64,000 nt of DNA from Antedon mediterranea (lineage: Eukaryota > Animalia > Echinodermata). The stretch is taken from contig NC_092678.1 of assembly GCF_964355755.1 (NCBI RefSeq), positions 5,472,422 to 5,536,421 of the forward strand, read 5' to 3'. The notes below the pieces were generated by a model. The model made no database searches, had not been told where the DNA came from, and saw nothing but the letters and a program-made list of their open reading frames with translations. Shown piece after piece: positions 12,001 through 24,000 of the stretch; position 1 is the stretch's first letter; the number at the start of each line of letters is the position of its first letter. The position numbers and the translations under genes were made by a program.

Positions 12001-15000
12001 CTTCGGTAGATCTTATTGCCCTGTAGACTGCTACATCGTCGGCATAAAGTAAAATATTCAATTCAATGAAGGAGGACAAGTCTAAAGTAAATAGGTATGT
12101 AATCTGTAGCGTGTGTTTGTTTGTTTGTTAGCAGGATTACTCAAAAAGTAATTACAAGATCTTTACCAAAATGAATAGACAGATAGATATGTGGTCAAGG
12201 ACCATTCCATTAAATTTTGGGACCATTTGGGATCACAGTCCCAATTCAGGACCACTTTTTAGTATACTTTTTCAGACCTGCTAGTTTTAAAAGATAGGAC
12301 AGAATTTTTCAAAAGCCGGCGAGCAGTCTTAAAGTAACAAGTAAACTGAAATTGCATTTACTTCTCCAAAAAACTTCATTTTTTAACAAGAGGCAAGAGT
12401 TATAATTTGTGATGTGTAATCTTAAAACATAATTTGATTTAATGTGCACGTTTTTTGATGCGAGTAGTTTAAAAAACCTATTTATTTTCAAATTCACTCG
12501 TTTGATTTTCGCGTTGCTGTTCTATTGTTAGTCAACTGAAGCTATTGTTAATTGAAAGGCTTGTTACATAACCATTACACGAAACTCGCATACACATGCT
12601 TGTAATGAAATTAGCCTAAATCACAAACAGCATTAAGACACACACAAATATATATATTTTTTTTTACCGGAGAAATCTTATGTAGGAGAATTTTACAGCA
12701 GGCGGAAGTATGCACTCTCGGAGTGGCTTTCTAGTTTTAGGTGCAAAAACTGTTAAGTTTGTAAATATTTGGTGATCCACCACAGTCACACTATCAGTTT
12801 ATTCTAATCTAAATTGGCAGCAATCAGGGCGTAATTGTAAATATATAAACTTAATTATTTTAGTATTATTTTGAATTACTGTTATTGTTTTAATATACAT
12901 TTAAAGTTAAATTTATTTTTTATAGGAAAGTGAACTTAGTAACCTTAACATTTCTCACTCTGTCAATTAATTTGCATAACAAAACAGTACAGTTCTACCA
13001 TACCTCCCTGGTTCTACTACCCATTTGACTTCTAGAAACCATAAATTATTTGTATTGTATATTAGATATTCTAATATCCATTTAAATTCAAGCAACCATA
13101 AATTCTTTGTATTGTATTTTAGATGATTATACAGACTTAGTTATTCACGCCTTAGTGGATGCTACAGCAACATTTTTAAGCATACTTGCTTTAATAACGC
13201 TATATTTGTAACTTGGGGAATTTACAACTATTGTCAATTTCTAGGTAGTGGGTTTATGGAACTGTTTATCATTTCTATTCTATTAGTTTTTATATGACGC
13301 CCTACAAAGAACAGAGCGCTTAACAAATACTTAGTAATTAATTAAAAAGAAAAGTTTTAAGTTGACGTTTAAATACAGGAAGCGCGTTCCAGATCCGCGG
13401 AGCAGTGGCAGAACAAGCATTGTCACCAGCTTTCAAATTAGGTCATGGAACGAAAAGTCGGGTAGGACCATTAGAGGAGCAAAGTCGACAACTGTAATTA
13501 AATGAAAGCTGATCACGTTTAAACTTAATTAAATCAAATTTGAGGTACAAAGGAAAAACAGAGTAAATACATTTATAAACAAAAAAAATAATTTTATACA
13601 ATATTTTTTTTATGGAACTCTTTCAATAAATCACCATCAGAAGACTGATCCCGTCCACACGCAAAGACCAGCAGCGCCGCCTAATCGTCGTCACAGTAAT
13701 TGTCGTTACTGTATTATTGACTTTATAATTGTCACACTATTTTAATAATTCTTTATTTTTACTATTCCAGAAAATGTCAAAAGACGAATTTGCAGATTTA
13801 CTTTCAGATATTAGTAAAGAATATGATGGTGATGAATATTTTCAGTTAAGATTTCTGTTAAAAGACCACTGTTCTGGAGCATTATTAGGCAAAAAAAACA
13901 ACACAGGGCAGACATTATTTAATGAACTCATTGACCGAGGTCACATTTCTCATCCCCCTACAAATGTGGAGATTCTGATTGAAATTGCTAAACTGACAGA
14001 AAAGACTCAGGCTTTAACTTACCTTAATGATTTTAAAAATGAACATGAAAATGGAAATGAAATCAAGGTGAAACCAATAACAGAATTTCGTAGAAATCTT
14101 TATAAAGCTATAACAACAAATACAGTTGAAGTATCAAGAATTGCTGCAGCCTACCAGCTAGGTCATCATAATTATGGGAATACTTGGGATCTTGTATTCA
14201 AGCTTGAAAGAAGCAAACGGTTGGTGGACACAAAAGTGTCAAAGAAAAGGTTTGCAAAACAACTTGACGAGGAAGCAGGAGACATTTTGCTCGGTTGGTA
14301 ACTTTTTTATATAAAACTACTAAAATCAAATATTGCAGACAAAGAAATATTCCTGCTGTCCATTTAATGACAATTACATCCAGGTCTTAATGCAATATAC
14401 CTTACATTTCACAGGTAAATCCTCTGGTATAGATGAGCAAGAAAGGTCTGTGTCATCCACACTGCAGTCTGGTGACCACATGGAAAGAGGTGATATTATT
14501 TGTTCTCAAAATGATTAAAGTTAATTGATTCAATACAGTAAACATTTTCCGGTTTCATGTTATTGAAGGATGCTAGAATCGGCCATATCAAACGATTTGT
14601 ATAAAACTACTTTTAACCTATTTCACAGGTGAATCTTCTGGTGTACATGGAAAAGAACGTCTAGAGGCACCCACTTCGCAGACTGTTGACTCCATGGAAG
14701 AAGGTAACACAATTTCACCATTAAAATGCATGCATCCAACAACTATAACTTTCTTACAAACTAATAATAACTTTTATCCCACACTAATGGTGCTCTGCAT
14801 TTATGGTGGATTTCTTGTCATGCTAAAGGTTGCCTACAATATAATTTTCTGTTTCACAGTTGAAACCTCTCAGACAGAAGTACAAGATGCATCCACATCA
14901 CAGTCTAAAGGTCTCAACAAAGATGGTAATTTTTATTTTAATATCAATTAGTATTATTTGTTGTTTAATTGTTATTTTCAGAACAACAGTGATGATGTTT

Positions 15001-18000
15001 AAAAGTTATTGATTTATGTTTACTATAATTATTACATTTCTAGATTTATATGATTTCTTTGTTGTAAGTGATGATGGTGGTGAATGGGAAAATAGAGTAA
15101 TAAAGGAGCTGCAAAAATTAAGATCAGATGTCACTTGCCTAAGTCAAACAGACTGGAACCCTTCACTTTTTTGGACAGCAAACTTGTCAAAACTTTCTAA
15201 AATATGTAAAATGGTATTAGTGGGCTTTACATCAAATCCTATGACAAAATATTCAGAGTATACTGCTCAAGTAATGCTTCAACGATGGAATAGTACAAGT
15301 ATGGAAAAACTAAAACTGATTATAGCAAAAATAAACAGGGATGCCATCATACCGGATCTCTTGGACGGAGTATCTGTTAGCAAAGGTTGGGAAAAGGATT
15401 TCTATAGAAAGATCCTCAACACATTACGTGAAGAAGGTAATGTTACTCCATATCTAATAACAATTCTTTATAGTTCTCCATAGCAGACTTCAAAACTATG
15501 TTGAATAATACACATGTTCTTCTTGTGGTTATGTTTAATGATTTTTATTAAATTGTTTATTTGATAAACAAACAAAAAATTGAATAACTTAATATTTGTA
15601 TATTTATAGTTATTGGAGTGATAGTAAAGACACAGAATTCGGAACAAGAAAAACCTGTTTATAATTCATGTGTCAACAAATTTTCAAGACTGAGAAAGTT
15701 TTTTGAAAGATTCAGAGTCATCTTAAGATGTATTGGAAAGAGATCTATAATCCTTCACCTTGCTGTAAATGATGCAAATAGTTTGATTATGTTATGGGAA
15801 AGTCATTTAAAGGAAGAGTTGAAGAAAGATCTGGCAGAGATATTAGAATATCCTGCAAGTGAATTGGAAACAGAAATAGATGAGTATGAATATCAGGTTG
15901 TTCTCAGCAAACTAATGGAAAATGGTAAGTTTATTTTTTAAACACTATTGAAATATCAAAAGATAACTAACCAATGATGTTTAATTTTGTTTAACTTTAC
16001 ATTTCTAGATGTATGTGATCTCTACATTGTCAGTGATGATGTTGCATGGGAAGAAAGGGTGATAAAGGAGCTGAAAGGAAGAAAACGAGGTATTCAATGC
16101 CTTAGTCATGAAGACCCTTCACTTAGTACTGGTGACTTGTCAACTCCTACAAAGAAGTGTAAAACGGTAGTAGTGGGCTTTACACAAGGGCATGCTGATG
16201 TTTCAAATCATGTTGCTAAATTCATGCTTGAAAAAATGAAAATAAATGAAAACATGAAAAAAGCACAACTGATCATAGCAAGAACAGATGAGAACGCTGT
16301 CATACCAGACTCTTCTAAGTTAGTATCGGTTATCAATAGTTGGGATAAAGATTTCTACAGTCAGATCCTGAACACACTAAATGAAGAAGGTAAAGTTACT
16401 GTATTCAATCTCTATCATTGATAATTATCATTAATAATTTGAGTTATTATCATTATTATGGTATGAACATTATTTATATATATATATTACTTTTTTTTTT
16501 TTTTATAAATTAATATTTTTACATTTTATAGGTATTCTATTAAAAATAAACATACAGAATTTGGAACATCAAAAACAAGTTTATAATTCATGTGTGGAGA
16601 AATTTCCAGAATTGGTAAAAGTTTTCCAAGAAATGATTCCTGCCACATTACGATACATTACCGAGGGATCAATACTCTTCCACCTTGCTGTAAATGATGC
16701 CAGCAGTTTAAATAAGTTATGGGAAAGTCATGTCAAGAAAGAGTTAAAGAAAGATTTGGCAGAGATATTACAATGTCCTGCAAGTGAGTTGGAAACAGAA
16801 ATAGATGAGCATAAATACCAGGATGTTCTTGGAAAACTAACGGAAAAGGGTAAGAATTACACTGTGTTTTGGAAATGTTCCACTTTACCATCTTTAAGTA
16901 GGAGATTCCCCTCATTTACCTCTTTAGAAAAGTAAAGAGAAAGTGTAGTTTTATTTTATTGCATTTTGACCGTACACTGATAATTATAACAATCTTATTT
17001 AGGTACAAGTAGCCAAGAAGGTGTCACCACACAAACCAGTACATCCTTAGATGAACCTGTCATAGATGTTGAAGTAAGTGTTCAACATAACATATAACAA
17101 AACACATCTCTATGATAAAAAGCATAATAAACATATTGAAATAAATTACTGCTAACATATGACATTAAGCGAAAAACCTGTCCCCTCCCATTCGAACGAC
17201 TTTTCTGTAGTAAGTTTAAAATGAAAATAGGATCATCTTACCTCAGCATGCATCGTGCATCCATTGCACAATTATTTCTTTTTTGCAGAAGATCCTAATT
17301 TAGTTTTTCCCTTCATATAATCATAAATTAAGATTTTGTCAAACTGTATTTGTACTACCTATAGATGCAGTTGAAATTTGATATCCCATTAATCAATATA
17401 AAAAATACTTTATTACTTTATTTATAATACTTGAATTAAAAAATGTGTTAATATTATATCATCTTTAATTTTTAAGAATTATAAACAGTTGCAAATGAAA
17501 AAACTCATTGAAACGCAAGAGAATAAGCTTGAATTCCACCAAGATTCAAAACCTGACCACCACAAGTCAAATATCAATGAAAGTGCACAACATGAAATAG
17601 AGAAAGCATCAGAAATGTATGCCAAACTAAAGTTTATGAACATTAAACAATTTCTAATCCACATTTTAAACATTTCTCCTGATAATATGACAAGAAAAAT
17701 TATCCCAGATTCTGTAAAGTACATCATTGGAGAAGATAAGCCTATTACTGTAACAAAGGGACAGCCATTTGTAGTGAAGGTACAAAGTGAGAATAAAAGT
17801 GTAGAATGCAATTTAGTTGCTACTCTGATAAAGCCATCAGGGGAAACAACTGCCACAGATGAAGTAAAATATGTAGGAAGTGGAAAGTACAGAATAAAAG
17901 GTAGATGTGACGAGGAAGGTGATTGGAAGATGAATATCATTTCTGCTAGAATAAAAATTAAAGGTTCGCCAGTGAATATCAAAGTTGAACCACTAGGCCT

Positions 18001-21000
18001 TGTGCATACCATTGAAAACATAGCAGCACACAAAGTGGATGAGGCATTCAACGTATCAGATGTAGTATTAGACTCAGTTGGTTGCATATTGGCATCAAGC
18101 TATTGTAACGAGTTATTGAAGTTTAAAAAGTCATTTAAATTTGAGGAAAATGTAAAGGTGGCTGAAAATGCTATGGTCAGAAGAATGCATAACATGGGTA
18201 ATGGTCACATTGTGTACAGTGATTTACACAAAAACATTGTTGTGATGCTTAATAACAAATTCAAAGAATCCACTCAATTTGGTAAAGAAAAATTGAAATG
18301 TCCATGGGGCTTGGCAGTAAACAATAAAACACGAGTTCTGTATGTTGCAGACAGTGAAGTTCATTGTGTTTGTAAGTTTAATCTTGATGATGGTACGGCA
18401 TTGGGTAAGATAGGTTTAGAGGGTAGAGGAGATGGTCAAATGAAGTTCCCAAGAGATCTCACTTTAACCAAAGAAGGTCATGTAATGGTTGTTGACTGTG
18501 GTAATCATAGAATACAGATGTTTGATGCAGATGGTACCTTTATCAAAACACTTGTAAGCAAAGGTGAGGAAGATGGGAAAGTGATGAACCCGCGTGCTAT
18601 AGTAACAGACATGGATGAAAACATAATAATAACCAGTGGGGATAAGCTACAATTATTTGACAAAAATGGTGTTTTCGTAAAACGAATAGATGGCAAAGAT
18701 GATGGGATTAAGGATCCATGTGGAATATGTGGAATCTCTAATAGACCAAGAAGATTAGCTGTAGCAAATTATGGACAAGGCAATGTGAAAATACTTAATT
18801 ACTAAACTTGAAGCCAAAATTACACACTAAATCAAGATGGAAACGGGTCAAAAAATCACTATATGCTGATTAACACCTTGTTTATGGGAAATGACTGTTT
18901 TATGTAAGTTATACTATATTGTTCATATGTAAAAGGGTCCTACAAAAAAACAAAGCTACAGCTTTTTTATGCAGGATCCTTGTTGTATTGCAATTATGAC
19001 GTGATTGATGACTAAATAAATGTGAAAGCAACGGGTGGAGTTCAAATATATAAATGTGCAATATATATCATACAGTATGATCGAATTCACTCTTTAACAG
19101 AATAAAACTTAACTATTGTAAAAACCTTGAAAACTAGCAATAGAAAATACAGTACTATAGGAAAAATCATATTCTAACAATTATTAATTATTGAAAATAA
19201 TTCTGAATTATGCATTTTTTAGTCTTTATATTGTCTTTACCATGCCATTGAATGTTTTTTTAAATTTTAAAAGGATTTATAAACATTTTAATTAAAATCG
19301 CTGAAAACTTTAATGCAACATTCATACTAAATACATTCCTTGTTACTTGTATGATCAGAATTAAAGTCAAAGTTTTCTGTTTTATTTGTACAGTAAATTG
19401 TAAAACATTATTTATATACTATTTATAATTTTTTAGTCAAAGAACTGTGAAGGGTGAGAGAAATAATTATTTGTAAAAAAGTGATACAAAAAATAAATCT
19501 GCAAAATGAAAAATATTTCAGTGTTTAGTGTCCTTACCTTCTTGTTGGTAGTATGGTTGATAGACTTTTTCATCAATAATTTCACATCTATTTTAACATT
19601 GGCAAGACTGTACCTTGACAGTTGCTGTGGGATTGGTTCATCAGGTGCTGTTTCAACTGGCAATGGTTTTGGTGGCTGAACATCAATCAATGACATCACA
19701 TCTGAAAGTAAATGGTTTAAACAGTTAAAAATCAATTCAGTTCGAGTCTCTGGAAGCTATATTTTGTGTCCAACCGGACCAAATAAAAGTGGTTTCTAAT
19801 TGGGAGAGCCATTGAAGTGGAGGTGTGGCTTGGTTCTTTAATGTGCTTGCCTTCCAATCCCAAGGTCCAGGGTTCAATCCCGACATAACGCAAGAGTTGT
19901 AACTAGACACTACTCTACCCTCTAAGCCTGAAGTATAAATGTAGTTTATCCATCTGTAATTGGTGAGTTACATTAGCCTGTTCACGTCGCCTAGCAAACT
20001 CTGACATTAGGTGTACATCCCCATTAGAACTTTTTGGTCAAAATCCTTATCAGATATATCAACTAAGCAGGTGATTAATGACTTGAATCCTATTATACCC
20101 CTGTAATATTATTAGCTCTCTTGTAATTGATTGATTAGGAAAAGGTACATTCTTCAGTATGCAAGGTCAATGGTCAGGCAAAAACTAGCAGAAGTCAGCA
20201 ATGATCAAAAGGTTTAACGACCTGCCTATCAAAGTTGGACTTATATAAACACATGTCACAGTAGGAGGTTAAATGACATTTACCCAAAGTTTTGAAAAAC
20301 TTCAGGTAAAAATGAACACATTCTCTAATGGGGCTGTACACGTAATGGAAGTTTAACCCATTTTGTAAAAAATAATTTGGAAGCGTTTCTACTAGAGGGA
20401 GTCTTAAATCAAATGGTCTCAATTGGAAGGTGTTCCCTTATAACTTGAAAAGTCTTTAATTGGGGTGAAAGTGGTAATTTCAGTTTAATATATAAATGTA
20501 ATCTAACCTAGAGGGTGTTCTGTGGTGCTTAGTGATTCACTGATGATTTCTTCATTTTTCACTTCTTCATCTTCTATCTAAAAAATAAAATATTTTGTCA
20601 TTCGCATTTTAGTTCGAAAAAGAGAATGCAAGCAAACAAATTTTAAAAAATTAAGCACAAAAAAAAAGGGTATATACAAAATCAAGGCAATTACAATACA
20701 TATAATACATTGATAATTTTCAGAAGAAAAATATTATGTACAAAACGGTTAAATAAAATAAAGGCACTGTTAAATTCATTATGTTTGTATAAAACCAACC
20801 AAAACATTCATTTATTTACCATTTGGCAAATAGCCTGAGAGAAAACCAACAGAGAGGTAGGGACCTCTTGACTTACCTCAGATGATGAGTTATATTCTGG
20901 TGTGGAGGATGGTGTAATGGTAGGTGACGGACCTGGAGAGACGCCAAATTTTGGCATTTCATAGTCACCTATTTCTCTTTCCTGTTCTTCCATCATCTTT

Positions 21001-24000
21001 AAAATACTTCTCTTTTTTACTGAAAAATATAAACAAAAAAGGTTAGTTTATAATTATGTCCAAGACACGGAACTGACCGACTGAAAGTAGTGATGATGGC
21101 ATTAATTATGTCTGATCAATACAAAATGTGCTCTTTTAGTTGCAGGCAATAAATACAGAGGATAAGGTTCAGTCCAGTAAAGAGCTTAAGCAGGGAAATA
21201 GGTGATAAAGTTAGGACACTTTCTGGAATTGGAGGTTACTAAAACAGTATGTGAAAGGGAGGGATTACCATCAATTTACTAGTACAATTTTATTTATATC
21301 TAGCGTTATACTAACGTTATCTAAATTTTTTTTTAGGCAAGTAACTGTACATACATTTCAAGATTTCACTGTTAATATCCTGTTGATTAAATTCGCTGTT
21401 GAGAATCATGTCAATAACTGATAGAGTTCGAGGTGTTCCACTTGGTGACAAATAAATGTCACTTGGAGCCATTGACATGTCACTGTCAGAGTCCTCTTCA
21501 CTTTCCTATAAAAAAAATGTACAAATTGTTGACGATAAACAAAATTGAGTTACCATAAAAACGAGACTTAATCATAAATTGTTCAAAGGCGGATAAAGAC
21601 TAGAAAAGTCAGGTTTGTTTCCAAAAAGGATGAATGTATCAAAGCCTAATTAACACACATGACATGACAAACCTAATACTTTACTACTACTGTTAACAAT
21701 TATAATTAACAAACCTCAACAGAGTTTTGTTCAGACTCAGAGCTTTCTCCTTCCAAAAATGCATTGCTGAAATCCAAATTGTAAGGAACCTGAAGAAAGT
21801 AAAATAAATTTCAGGTAAACTGTGTTTGTCAAAATCTTGAATTAGATATCTTTTATTGTACCTTTTCTAAGTTGTCCATAAAGTAGTTAACACTGCTGCA
21901 AATCTATAGATTAGATTAACTTTTAGGCTTTTCATTTTGTTATTGTTATGTGTGTTTTTGTATATCTATATTTTCATCGTCGTGAGGTGGTTTCCCGAAT
22001 GATCGTAAAATCAAAAACGGTACTGTGTATGACCAACTAGCGTTAATATAGGTGTATACACTGTTGGATGTGTAAGAATAAGCATAAAAAAAATATATGG
22101 TTGTAATGTTAGACTTTCTTTTGCTCATATAAACGACTTTCTTTTGCTCATATAAACATCATTACATATGAAAAAGCGGTATTATGTTAGAGAATTATTT
22201 GCCGTATTGTGCAACTTACAAGATAACGTGCCATGTTAATTGAGTCAGTGTTTGATGGAACACCTTCAAATCGCACGGCAGGGTCTTCATAGATATCAGA
22301 TTCTATAATAAAAATAAACACATAAAAGTACATAAACATTAACTGAATGTCCTCTTCAGCAGATTAAACATGTTTCTTTTATGTTGATAATATACAGGGT
22401 GAACAGCCAATAGAAAATCTTCAGGTCATATTGTGTAGCATATCTAAAGCCTGGCGCACACTAGAGCTATTGGCTAAGCCAACTGGCACAAGTAGTACTT
22501 GCCTCACAGTGTGCGCCGGGGATTTTGTGAGGAATTGGCCACGCGTGCCGCTGAGGAAAATATTAATCGTGTTTAATAATATTTTTTGCCACGCGTGTCA
22601 TCTTCCTCAAGTGTGCGCCGAACGTGAGAAGATAGCTCACTTAAAAATTCCACTGCGCATGACATGTTCTGATTTATTATATATAATATGTCAGCGCGTG
22701 CCGTATAGCGTAGTAAGTAATTATCCAATAAGAAAATCTTGTACTGAAGGCGTTTAGTGTGCATCCGATAGAACGCGATCAGAGTTTGCGGAAAATTTTT
22801 TTAGTGAGTCAAGTGTTACTCGTGCCAGTTGGCTCAGCCGATAGCTCTAGTGTGCGCTGGGCTTAAGCACAAAACTGGACATACCAACTATATTATATAC
22901 AATCAGAATCACTGAATTAGATTGATAAAAATATTGAGTGAATATTAAGTATTGAGTGTAATGGGGACATTTTCATCTTTACCATCACACATGTTACTGA
23001 ATTGGATTGACAACATTCCAAACGATCACTGTACAAAATACGTATTTATTACCTGATTCTATACAGCTATCGTGAAGTGAATTGCAATCTTGAGATATAA
23101 CTGAAATTTAAACAAAATGGCAAATATTATCATTTACTGCTAATTATATTCCAGTCATATCCAATGTACCTTGTTATCTAACCTAAGACCTTGTCTACAC
23201 TATCAAACTTTATTATTTTTTTTTATTATCAAAAAAATGTGATGTGCCCATATATGGACCTGATAATGTCATATCACTACCATATTTAAGCATAGCACTA
23301 CCATACATGGGCACATCGAACTTAGTAATTAATTAGTACAGATAAGGATGATACACACAGAATGTTACAGAAGCTTTTTTTCAGTTTTGTTATGTTACTA
23401 ATACATTTGCTGATACATACATACTAACAACTACTACAAATTTGCCAAAGCCACTTTAGAGTTTTTTCAACTTTTTGTTTTTAAAGAAAAAGTATTAGCT
23501 TGTGTTACAAAATAAATTCTTACGTTTAGTATGACTGATCTGAAATAAATGATTCTTGTAGCCAATGAGGAGGTCTCCCTTCACATTTAAAAAATAAGCA
23601 GAACTGATTGGTCCATCCAGGATGACCTCAGTAAGCGTCACCTTGTGTTTGTTGCATATTTTTATCACATTATCCTCCCTATGAAAAGAAATAAAATAGT
23701 CTTTAAAATATAGTAATACATTTTTGCTGCCTTCAGAAATCATTTCAAAATAAAAGGAAATAATGTTGAGGTTTAGATAATGTATGTTTCTGTTTTTTTA
23801 ATTTATAAATGTTTTTGGTGATATTATAAATTTATTCCACCATATAAAAATAATGTATGACAAATGATGGTGAGGGCAACCATCAGAGCAAACTTAACAT
23901 TCAACCATAGTGTTGAAATAACATGAAAATAGTACAATGTGTGCACTTTAATACATAGAAGACATTGTTCTTAGAAAATAAAGAATTCTACTTACCCACA

